DNA of 64,000 nucleotides from an uncultured Candidatus Binatia bacterium (GTDB lineage Bacteria > Desulfobacterota > Binatia > UBA9968 > JAJDTQ01). The notes under the pieces were generated by a model. The model saw nothing but the letters and a program-made list of their open reading frames with translations. It searched no databases and had not been told where the DNA came from. The DNA is taken from contig CBDCAF010000018.1 in NCBI GenBank assembly GCA_965213675.1, positions 19,905 to 83,904 on the forward strand, written 5' to 3'. Both the position numbers and the translations under genes were made by a program. Shown here one piece after another: positions 19,839 to 28,174 of the stretch (its first letter is position 1; every line of letters starts with the position of its first letter).

Positions 19839-20045
19839 AGCGCATTCCGAGCAGGGGCAGCCGGGCGCCGGCGCCTCGCGAACCGGCACGGAAGGTGCGC
19901 GTTTCGGGCCGCCCCGCGTCATCGGCTGCTGCCGGCCGTCTGCGTCCGGACCCACGGCAGCCGCACATGATCCCCTCGGGCCGGTCCGCGTTGTCAGTCC
20001 ATTGCCGGCTGTTGCCGGTTCCCGCGATTGTCCCTGGAGGGTCCC

Positions 20046-20855
20046 GTGACTGATTCCGTCCATCCCACGAGCCTCGGCGCCGGCGGCCCCATGGTGCGCT
20101 TCAGCAAGGTCACGAAACGGTATGGGTCCCTCACCGTTCTGGATGCCTTGGACCTCGACGTCGCCGCCAACGAGATGGTGTGCATCATCGGGCCTTCCGG
20201 CGCGGGCAAGACCAGCGTGTTGCGCATGCTCATGACCCTGGAGGAAATCGACGACGGCGTCATCTACGTGGAAGGCCAGCCGCTGACGCATATGGAGCGG
20301 GACGGCGTTCTGGTGAAGGCCAACACGGCGCACCTGCGCAAGCAGCGCATGAACATCGGCATGGTTTTTCAGCATTTCAATCTGTTCCCGCACATGACCG
20401 CGCTGGCGAACTGCATGGAGGCGCCGGTCCAGGTGCTGGGGCTCAGCCGGGACGAGGCGGAAGCGAGGGCGGTGGAATTGCTGGGCATGGTGGGGTTGGA
20501 GGACAAGAAGGACCAGCACCCGTCGCGCCTTTCCGGCGGCCAGCAACAGCGCGTGGCCATCGCCCGGGCCTTGGCCATGCGTCCCAAGGTCATGCTGCTG
20601 GACGAAGTCACCTCCGCCCTGGACCCCGAGGTCATCGGCGAGGTGTTGAACGTCATCCGCCAACTCAACAGCGAGCATAGTCTCACCATGCTCATGGTGA
20701 CCCACCAGATGGGCTTCGCCCGCGAGATCTCCGACCGGGTCTGCTTCCTGTACGAGGGCAAGATCGCCGAGCAGGGGACCCCCGGCGAGATTTTCGAAAA
20801 CCCGCGCAACGAGCGCACCCAGCAGTTCCTCGCGGCGGTACTTGAGGCGCGCTGA
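20046..20855 (+). CDS. ehuA: ectoine ABC transporter ATP-binding protein
   Basis: GPSGAGKT, LSGGQQQRVAIARALAM, DEVTSALDPE; GTG start after GGAGG. Confidence 0.9.
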   Translation: MTDSVHPTSLGAGGPMVRFSKVTKRYGSLTVLDALDLDVAANEMVCIIGPSGAGKTSVLRMLMTLEEIDDGVIYVEGQPLTHMERDGVLVKANTAHLRKQRMNIGMVFQHFNLFPHMTALANCMEAPVQVLGLSRDEAEARAVELLGMVGLEDKKDQHPSRLSGGQQQRVAIARALAMRPKVMLLDEVTSALDPEVIGEVLNVIRQLNSEHSLTMLMVTHQMGFAREISDRVCFLYEGKIAEQGTPGEIFENPRNERTQQFLAAVLEAR

Positions 20856-20990
20856 CGCGAGCTCACCGGCTCGGTCTGCAACCGGACGTGACGATACAAG
20901 CTTCGTCGGCGGTCGCCTCTGTTCGGCGTACGCCCCTGTGGTTGGCCGTTGGCAGGAGACTATCCGTGTAGGGGCGACCGGCGGCGGCCC

Positions 20991-21851
20991 CTACACGCTG
21001 TGGTTGTCGCTCTTGTTGTGGACGGTCTCGTTGAGAGAACCCGTGCGGTAGCCCTGAAGGTCGATGCTGACGTAGGTGAACCCGGCGTCCTTGAAACGTT
21101 GGACGATCCCTTCTCGCACGTCCGGCAGCAGCAGCTTGTCGAACTCGTCCGGCGCCACCTCGATGCGCGCCAGCGCGTCATGGTAGCGCACCCGGTACAC
21201 CCGGAAACCCAGTTCGCGCAGCACGCGCTCGCAGCGGTTCACCTGGGTGAGCTTCTCCGGGGTGATGGCGGTGCCGTAGGGAAAACGGCTGGACAGGCAC
21301 GCCAGCGCGGGCTTGTCCCATACCGGGAGCCCCATGCGCCGGGCGGCCTCGCGGATGTCGGCCTTGGTGAAACCCAACTCGTCCAGGGGCGAGCGCACGC
21401 CCCGCTCGCGCGCGGCCTTCCGGCCGGGGCGGTGGTCGCCGCGGTCGTCCAGGTTGAAGCCGTCCAGCACGTGCGGCATGCCCAAGGTCGCGGCCTCGTC
21501 GATGGCCTTGCCGTAAAGCTCGGTCTTGCAGAAATAGCAGCGGTTGACGGGGTTGGCGGCGTAGCGCGGGTCGTCCAGTTCGTAGGTGTCGATGAGCAGG
21601 TGGCGGGCGCCGATGCTCTCGGCCAAGCCGCGGGCGTCGGCCCCCTCCTCGGGCGCGAGGCTGGGAGAGACTGCGGTGAGCGCCAGAGCGTTGTCGCCGA
21701 GAGCATCCACGGCCTCGGCGAGCAGGTAGCCGGAATCGACCCCGCCCGAGAAGCAGACCACGGCCTGTCCCATCTCTCTCAGCAGCGCCTGAAGTTCGGC
21801 CACCTTTCGCGCCAGTTCGGCGTCCTCAAAAGGGTCATTCCCTGGCCCCAC
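20991..21851 (-). CDS. larE: LarE-family ATP-dependent sulfur insertase (Cys-rich form)
   Basis: FSGGVDS PP-loop, NRCYFCK, DHRPG, WDKPALACLSSRFPYG, GYRTGSLN; start position approximate. Confidence 0.88.
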   Translation of the reverse strand: MGPGNDPFEDAELARKVAELQALLREMGQAVVCFSGGVDSGYLLAEAVDALGDNALALTAVSPSLAPEEGADARGLAESIGARHLLIDTYELDDPRYAANPVNRCYFCKTELYGKAIDEAATLGMPHVLDGFNLDDRGDHRPGRKAARERGVRSPLDELGFTKADIREAARRMGLPVWDKPALACLSSRFPYGTAITPEKLTQVNRCERVLRELGFRVYRVRYHDALARIEVAPDEFDKLLLPDVREGIVQRFKDAGFTYVSIDLQGYRTGSLNETVHNKSDNHSV

Positions 21852-21892
21852 TCCGTGAACCCCGCGCACCCTACCGTCATTCACCCGCACCC

Positions 21893-21930
21893 CACCGTCG
21901 TTCCCGCGAAGGCGGGAATCCAGGCGGGGT
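21893..21930. repeat. REP-like palindromic repeat
   Basis: CCGTCGTTCCCGCGAAGGCGGGAATCCAGGCGGGG; its 3' part is the reverse complement of about 6941-6959. Confidence 0.75.
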
Positions 21931-21976
21931 AGTGTGGGGGAGCCCTTCATCGACGTCGTGACCGATGTCAGCGCTC

Positions 21977-22540
21977 TTACGGCGTGGACTTCACCTTCGG
22001 CCGCTCCAGCAGCGTGTTGCACCAGCGTCTCACGTTGGGCAGGTCCTCGGTGATGGACGTCCGGTAGGCGTCCTGCCGGGTGAAGAACGGCACATACGTG
22101 ATGTCCGCCAGCGAGTAGTCGTCGACGATGTAGTCGCGCCCGGCCATGCGCTCTTCCAGCGTCTCCAGGTGCTGCCGCAGCCGCTTCTTGTTCTTCTCCA
22201 CCTCGTGGTCGTGGCGGATGTTGCCGGCCGCGGTCTGAAGCCGGGTGTTGCAGAAGTCGATCCAGATGCGTACCTCGGCGCGCTTGGCCAGATCCTTCGG
22301 CATCAACGGCACGTCGGGAAACTTCTCGTCCAGGTACTCGTTGACGACCGCGGATTCGTAGATCACCGCGTCCCCGTCCACCAGCACCGGCACCTTGCCG
22401 TAGGGGTTCAGGGTGACCAGCTCTTCCGACTTGTTCCTCAGGTCGCACTCGACCAGTTCGTAAGGGATGTCTTTCTCTGCCAGGACAAGCCTTGTCCTGT
22501 GGGCATACGGTCAAGGACCGTAGGACAGTAGTCGCAACAT
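21977..22540 (-). CDS. glutathione S-transferase family selenoprotein (Sec at codon 10, UPYAHR)
   Basis: GGAGG RBS, ATG at 22540, reads MLRLLSYGP-TGA-PYAHRTRLVLAEK...NPYGKVPVL...ES..NEYL; TGA replaces the Cys of CPYAHR; hairpin immediately downstream. Confidence 0.85.
22478..22505 (-). promoter_or_regulatory. candidate bacterial SECIS element
   Basis: mRNA after UGA (22513-22511): CCGUAUGCCCA-CAGGACAA-GGC-UUGUCCUG-GCA; 8-bp perfect stem, G-first loop 19 nt from the UGA. Confidence 0.75.
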
Positions 22541-22589
22541 GTCTTCCTCCTTCGAAGTTTGCGCTTCCACGTGGGCGCGGAAAAGACTT

Positions 22590-22976
22590 CTACGCGATGA
22601 TCGGTTCCTTCACCGGAATGTGGCTGGGCCTCCGCGGCACCCGCGTGCGCGGCTTGCCGTCCACCTGGGAGTTGCCCGCGCCGAACAGCAGCAGACGGTC
22701 CCCGCCCGTGTTGCAGAGCTGGTACGGCTGGCCCGACCTCAGCAGGATGGTGTCGTGGGGGTTCAGGACGAACTCATCCTCCGGCGTCCGCACCGTGCAC
22801 TGGCCCTCGAGGACCATGAAGACATGGTCGTCGTTCTCGTGGTAGTGCATGTCGTCCTGCATGTTCGCTTCGCAGTTGATGGTCCAGAAATAGGTCAGGT
22901 CCGTGCGCCACAACGAAAGATGGCGGATGTCCGGGTTGGCCTTGGCCTCCGTGATGGGGTTTTTCACTTCGTACAT
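22590..22976 (-). CDS. cupin domain protein
   Basis: MHYHENDDHVFMVLEG cupin motif 1; GGAGG RBS. Confidence 0.8.
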   Translation of the reverse strand: MYEVKNPITEAKANPDIRHLSLWRTDLTYFWTINCEANMQDDMHYHENDDHVFMVLEGQCTVRTPEDEFVLNPHDTILLRSGQPYQLCNTGGDRLLLFGAGNSQVDGKPRTRVPRRPSHIPVKEPIIA

Positions 22977-23012
22977 GCGCGTGTCCTCCCTCTGTCTCGA
23001 GTCGAATAGCCG

Positions 23013-23261
23013 CTATTTCGGCGCCACCAGCTTGCCGTGGGTGCCGTCGCAGTACGGCCGCGTCTTCGACCGCCAGCACGCGCAAATGGCCATGGTCCGG
23101 GGCTCGTCCACCGTGATTTCCCGGGGCGTGATGGACGTCACCTTGTGCGACCCGTCGCAGAACGGAAAGTTCCGGGTCCGCCCGCACATGCAGTAGAAGC
23201 GGCTCTTGGATTCCTGCCGGACGATCACCGGCTCGATCAGATCATCGTATGCCAGGCCCAT
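23013..23261 (-). CDS. tandem CDGSH iron-sulfur protein (MiNT/CISD3-like)
   Basis: CMCGRTRNFPFCDGSH and CACWRSKTRPYCDGTH. Confidence 0.92.
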   Translation of the reverse strand: MGLAYDDLIEPVIVRQESKSRFYCMCGRTRNFPFCDGSHKVTSITPREITVDEPRTMAICACWRSKTRPYCDGTHGKLVAPK

Positions 23262-23389
23262 TCGAATTCCTCCCTCGGCGTGGGACGTGCTGTTCCGCTG
23301 ATCGGGCGGCCTCCAGCCCGTCTCCCGTATGCCCCTTCACCGTATACTCCACTTTGCCCCGGAGGGCCAGACGACGTTGTGCTCGTTGC

Positions 23390-24775
23390 CTATCTCAGCA
23401 CGCTCATGACCGTCCGCGCATCGACGATGTGAATGCCGGTCCGGGCGTCCGCAGCCACGCTCTCCGGAACGAACAGGGCTTGGCAAACATCGGTGCCTTC
23501 AGCGCCGGCCAGGTCGCCCGAATGAACGTGCGCGGCGGCGGTGGCCGCAACCGGGCGCGACGTCGACTTGGCCTCGCCCACCAGCAATCGGTTCCCGTCA
23601 ACCGAGCGCGCGACGATGTCGAGTTCCGGCGCATTGCCGCGCCAGTATCGTTGCGCGGGCTCCCACGGACCCAGCCGGCCCAGGGTCGTGTCGGAACGGT
23701 GAAGGAGGGGCACCGCCCCGCGGCACAATTCCTCCCAGGCAAGAGCCTCAAGGCCGCGCCGGTGCCGCCGCCAGTATGCGAGCCGCGTCTCCGGGGGCGT
23801 AGCGGCCAGCGCCGCTCGATGGGGTGCGACCACCCGAAACCACAGGCGCAGAAAGGGATCGTCTATCCGGTAGAGACTCCGTTTGCCGGACTTCGGGTCA
23901 GTTCCGAACGGCGTTTCGCGGCGCACCAGCCCCATCTCCGTGAGCGATGCCAGCGGTCTCGACAGGCTGGAGGCGGGCTTGCCAAGACGGCCCGCGATCT
24001 CGGTGACCCGGTGCGCCCCGTTGCCGATGACGTCCAGCAAGGGGCGCAACGCCGTAGCTGGAGGGGTCTCCTCCCGCAACAGCCGATCAGGTTCTGCATG
24101 CAGGGGGCCCGCGGCGTCGAGAACCAGAGTGTCCACCGCGGCTTCGATGTCGTTTCCGAAAGGTTCGGCAAGCTCCCAATAACGAGGTATGCCTCCCCAC
24201 AGCGCATAGACGCTCACCAGGTCGTGATGCTTGTCGAAGGGGAAAGCCTCGGCGAGATGCCCCGCCGGCAGGGGGCGGACGCCAAAGGCTTCGGCAGCCC
24301 GGCCGTAGAGCGGAGCGGTAGCATCGAGTATCAAGCTGTGCATCATGCGCTGACTCGATCCGCACACGACCAGGCGCAACCGCCGCTCCGGGCGGTCCAA
24401 CCAGTTCTGCAAGACCCCGGTTAGAGTGGGGTCCGCGTCGATGAGGTAGGGAAGCTCGTCCAGCACCCACGGACCTTGCCAGCCGGCGCGGTCGGCGTCG
24501 GCGGAAAGCCGCGTCAGAAACGAGCGCCAGTCCGGGTACTCGACGTCTGCAAAGCCGGGGAATCGTTCAGCGACTGCTTCCGCCAGGTAGCGCCGCTGTA
24601 CCGGCGGGACGGACTGATCCGCGACCGTGTACAGGCCCCGGTGGCGCCGCGACCATTCAATGAGAAGGCGCGACTTGCCTATCCTGCGGCGTCCCCAGAT
24701 GACGGCGAACGCTCCAGTCCGTGTCAGCACATTGTCCAACCGCTCCATCTCGCGGCTGCGATCGAGGAACTGCAT
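23390..24775 (-). CDS. AAA ATPase with winged HTH and C-terminal DUF234/PD-(D/E)xK-like domain
   Basis: FLDRSRE, GRRRIGKS, LDELPY, CGSS, GGIPRY, DPFLRLWFR, ELDIV...GEAK. Confidence 0.85.
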   Translation of the reverse strand: MQFLDRSREMERLDNVLTRTGAFAVIWGRRRIGKSRLLIEWSRRHRGLYTVADQSVPPVQRRYLAEAVAERFPGFADVEYPDWRSFLTRLSADADRAGWQGPWVLDELPYLIDADPTLTGVLQNWLDRPERRLRLVVCGSSQRMMHSLILDATAPLYGRAAEAFGVRPLPAGHLAEAFPFDKHHDLVSVYALWGGIPRYWELAEPFGNDIEAAVDTLVLDAAGPLHAEPDRLLREETPPATALRPLLDVIGNGAHRVTEIAGRLGKPASSLSRPLASLTEMGLVRRETPFGTDPKSGKRSLYRIDDPFLRLWFRVVAPHRAALAATPPETRLAYWRRHRRGLEALAWEELCRGAVPLLHRSDTTLGRLGPWEPAQRYWRGNAPELDIVARSVDGNRLLVGEAKSTSRPVAATAAAHVHSGDLAGAEGTDVCQALFVPESVAADARTGIHIVDARTVMSVLR

Positions 24776-24779
24776 TTCC

Positions 24780-24816
24780 TTATTATGTAGAAGAACATTA
24801 TGTTTGACAACATAAT
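24780..24816. promoter_or_regulatory. AT-rich inverted repeat in the divergent promoter region (candidate operator)
   Basis: ATTATGTT-N4-AACATAAT at 24797-24816 overlapping TTGACA (24804-24809); third ATTATGT half-site at 24782. Confidence 0.5.
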
Positions 24817-24827
24817 AATCGGCAAGT

Positions 24828-27800
24828 TTGGCCAATTCTCGCAACTTCAGCGAATATGATAAAGCAACTACAGACTTGCCCGCACCGCTTGAGAGAACGC
24901 CCTTGGAAGACGCCGCCCGACTATTACCCGAACGTTTCCCCGACGTCGGGGAACTCGTCGAAGTGCGTTCACGCCGCTGGCTGGTGGAGGCGGTGGAGTC
25001 GGAATCGGGCCGCGTCAGCCTTGCCTGCGCGGACGACGACGCCCAAGGGCAGACCCTGGAGGTCTACTGGGAATTCGAGATCGACCGGCGCATCCTTGAG
25101 GTGGAGGCGTGGAACGCCATCGGCGCCAAGGGGTTCGACGCGCCCCGCCACTTCAGCGCGTTCCTCCACACGTTGCGCTGGAACTGCGTCACCGCCACCG
25201 ACCCGAATCTCTTCCAGTCGCCGTTCCGGGCCGGCATCAAGATCGACGCCTACCAGATGGAGCCGCTCCGCAAGGCGCTTCGGCTGCCACGGGTCAATCT
25301 GTTCATCGCGGACGATACCGGCCTCGGCAAGACCATTGAGGCCGGTCTCATCGCGCGGGAATTGTTGCTACGCAAGAAGGTCAAGACGATGGTCGTCGCC
25401 GCGCCGGCCTCCGTGCTGGAGCAGTGGAAGGCCGAGATGGAAGAGCGTTTCGGTCTGCTGTTCGTGATCCTCGACCGCGCTTACCTCACGCAGGTCCGGC
25501 AGGAACGCGGCTTCGGCGTGAATCCCTGGCGTACCCATAGCAGGTTCCTGGTGTCCCACAACCTGCTCATTGACCCGACCTACGCCGATCCGATGCGTGA
25601 GTGGCTCGGGGCTCTTCTGCCCGGCAGCCTGCTCATCCTCGACGAGGCCCACCATGCCGCGCCGTCGAGCGGCGGGCGTTACGGCATCGAGTCGAAGTTC
25701 ACCCGGGCGGTCCGTGATGTTGGCGGCCGGTTCGAACACCGTCTGTTTCTGTCCGCCACTCCCCACAACGGCCACTCCAACAGCTTCTCCACGCTGCTTG
25801 AGCTGCTTGATCCGTACCGTTTTACCCGCGGCGTGCCGGTGCGGGGAAAGAAGGACCTCGACGAGGTCATGGTCCGGCGCATCAAGGAAGACATCCGCGA
25901 GGTGCAGGGCGGCTTCCCCAGACGGCACGTGGAGCCGGTTCGGATCGATGGCCTGCCGGACGACGCACCGGAACTCGTTTTGTCGAGGCTCCTTGACGAA
26001 TATCGCGGCTTGCGGGAGCAGCGGCTGGCCGGCGCCAGGCCGCGAGCCCAGGCCATGGCCGGTTTGCTCGTGGTGGGGCTGCAACAGAAGCTCCTGTCAT
26101 CCATCGAAGCGTTCGCCATCTCGCTCGCGCGGCATCGCAGGACGATTGAGCGACTTTGGGCGCAAGACACTGAAGACGGTCAGAACGTCCCGGATACACG
26201 GGTTGAGACCGTGGCGACCGAACCATTTCTGAAACTGTTCGCAAAACCGCCGGACGCGGACGACGAACGCGCGGAACAGACCGACGAAGAGAACGCGGCC
26301 GAGGAAGAGGCGCAGATCACGGCCATCAACGAGACTGCCGAGCTAGGTACCCCCACGGATGAAGGAGCAAAGGCGGCTTGGGATAAGGAGCAGGCCCTCC
26401 TGACTCGTATGCACGAAGTCGCCGATGGCGCCCGCGGCCGCCCTGACGCCAAGACCCGCCGCCTGATCGACTGGATCTACGACAACCTCTGTCCCGACCG
26501 CCCGCGCTGGAACGAACGGCGGGTGCTGATCTTCACCGAGAACGTGATCGGCACGAAACGGTACTTGCGCGAGATGCTGGAGCAGGCCATTGCCGGCACC
26601 GACTTCGCCGAGGAGCGCATCGAGACCATTGACGGCCAGACCGCCGGCGCCAGGCGCAAGGAGATTCAACGTCGCTTCAACGCCGATCCGGCCCACGATC
26701 CGTTACGCATCCTCATTGCCACAGACGCGGCGCGCGAGGGGCTGAACTTCCAGGCGCACTGCACCGACCTGTTCCACTTCGACCTGCCCTGGAACCCTGG
26801 CCGCATCGAACAGCGCAACGGCCGCATCGACCGCAAGCTGCAACCGGCCCCGGAGGTGCGCTGCCACTACTTCGTGCTGCCGCAGCGCGCCGAGGACCGG
26901 GTACTTGAAGTGCTGGTTCGGAAGACCGCCACCATCAGGCAGCAGCTCGGCAGTCTCTCCAAAGTGATCGATGACGAGGTGGAGCGCCGGCTGCGCGAAG
27001 GCATCCGTCACGGAGACGTGGAGCGCATCGCGCGCGACATTGAGGCGGCCGATCTCGACCGTGAAAGGCGACGAGTAGCGGCCGAGGAACTGGAAGCCGC
27101 CCGCGAACGGCAGGACGACTTGAAGGGGCAGATCGAACGATGCCGCGGGCTGCTGGACCAGTCCCGCCGCTGGGTGCAGTTCGAGGCGCAACCCTTTCGC
27201 AACGCTCTGTCCTGTTCCCTGGAGATGCTGGGTGCGGAGCCGTTGAAGGAAACACGTACCGACGATGGCGGGGTGGTCTGGACGCTGCCGCCGCTGGCGG
27301 GCAAGGCGCGGGCGGATGCAAGTTGGACCGCCACACTGGACACGTTGCGCGCGCCGCGCAAGACCGACCAGAAGCTCGCGGAATGGCGGCAGCAGGCGCC
27401 GATTCGTCCGGTGGTGTTCGAGGATGCGGGTGTGCTCACCGACGACACCGTGCATTTGCACCTGGAACAACGCATGGCGCAACGGCTGCTGGCGCGCTTT
27501 CGCTCCCAGGGCTTCGTCTACCATGACCTGTCCCGCGCCTGTCTCGTGCAGGCCGCGGACTCCGTCCCTCGGGTGATTCTGCTGGGGCGGCTGTGTCTCT
27601 TCGGACGCCATGCCGAGCGTCTGCACGAGGAGTTGATCCCGGTGGCGGCCCGCTGGGTCGAGCCGTCGCGCCGCAACGGGCCGCTCAGGGCCTATGCCGA
27701 GGAGGCGGAAGCACGAACGCTGGAACGCCTGGAGACGGCCTTGCAGAGCGCACGAGGCCCGAACGAGACGATTCACCGCAGGCTGCGCGACATTGCCGCT

Positions 27801-28169
27801 CAGGATATCGAAGACCTGCTGCCGCAACTCGAAGACCGCGCCGAGGGTGTGGCCCGGAGCGCTGGGGACAGGCTTCGCGCACGTGGCGAAAGGGAGGGAC
27901 AGCAGCTTCGGGAGACCCTGGAACGTCAGCGCCGGCGAGTGGAAACGGAACTCGGCAAGCACGAGGGCCGCGGAACCCAGCTCACGCTGGAGTTCAGTGA
28001 AGCCGAGAAGCGCCAGCTTCAGGCCGACATCGCGTCGTGGCGCGTGCGTCTGGACCGGTTCGACAAGGACCTTAAGACCGAACCGGCCCGGATCCGCGAG
28101 TTCTACGAAGTGCGGGCACAACGAGTCGAGCCCATCGGCTTGGTGTACCTGTGGCCGGACACCGGTTGA
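24828..28169 (+). CDS. drmD: DISARM SNF2-like helicase DrmD
   Basis: IADDTGLGKT, DEAHH, SATPHNG, EGLNFQ, QRNGRIDR; C-terminal EPIGLVYLWP; precedes an adenine MTase; start uncertain. Confidence 0.9.
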   Translation: MANSRNFSEYDKATTDLPAPLERTPLEDAARLLPERFPDVGELVEVRSRRWLVEAVESESGRVSLACADDDAQGQTLEVYWEFEIDRRILEVEAWNAIGAKGFDAPRHFSAFLHTLRWNCVTATDPNLFQSPFRAGIKIDAYQMEPLRKALRLPRVNLFIADDTGLGKTIEAGLIARELLLRKKVKTMVVAAPASVLEQWKAEMEERFGLLFVILDRAYLTQVRQERGFGVNPWRTHSRFLVSHNLLIDPTYADPMREWLGALLPGSLLILDEAHHAAPSSGGRYGIESKFTRAVRDVGGRFEHRLFLSATPHNGHSNSFSTLLELLDPYRFTRGVPVRGKKDLDEVMVRRIKEDIREVQGGFPRRHVEPVRIDGLPDDAPELVLSRLLDEYRGLREQRLAGARPRAQAMAGLLVVGLQQKLLSSIEAFAISLARHRRTIERLWAQDTEDGQNVPDTRVETVATEPFLKLFAKPPDADDERAEQTDEENAAEEEAQITAINETAELGTPTDEGAKAAWDKEQALLTRMHEVADGARGRPDAKTRRLIDWIYDNLCPDRPRWNERRVLIFTENVIGTKRYLREMLEQAIAGTDFAEERIETIDGQTAGARRKEIQRRFNADPAHDPLRILIATDAAREGLNFQAHCTDLFHFDLPWNPGRIEQRNGRIDRKLQPAPEVRCHYFVLPQRAEDRVLEVLVRKTATIRQQLGSLSKVIDDEVERRLREGIRHGDVERIARDIEAADLDRERRRVAAEELEAARERQDDLKGQIERCRGLLDQSRRWVQFEAQPFRNALSCSLEMLGAEPLKETRTDDGGVVWTLPPLAGKARADASWTATLDTLRAPRKTDQKLAEWRQQAPIRPVVFEDAGVLTDDTVHLHLEQRMAQRLLARFRSQGFVYHDLSRACLVQAADSVPRVILLGRLCLFGRHAERLHEELIPVAARWVEPSRRNGPLRAYAEEAEARTLERLETALQSARGPNETIHRRLRDIAAQDIEDLLPQLEDRAEGVARSAGDRLRARGEREGQQLRETLERQRRRVETELGKHEGRGTQLTLEFSEAEKRQLQADIASWRVRLDRFDKDLKTEPARIREFYEVRAQRVEPIGLVYLWPDTG

Positions 28170-28174
28170 GACCC

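Noticed and set aside
22511-22513. GST as a nonsense pseudogene
   Set aside because: The TGA falls exactly on the catalytic Cys codon and is followed by a SECIS-like hairpin, with the rest of the gene intact; Sec recoding is more parsimonious, though unproven.
21852-22514. Long N-terminal extension of LarE (507-aa ORF)
   Set aside because: It is an out-of-frame overlap with the GST gene and a REP element; LarE similarity starts near 21850.
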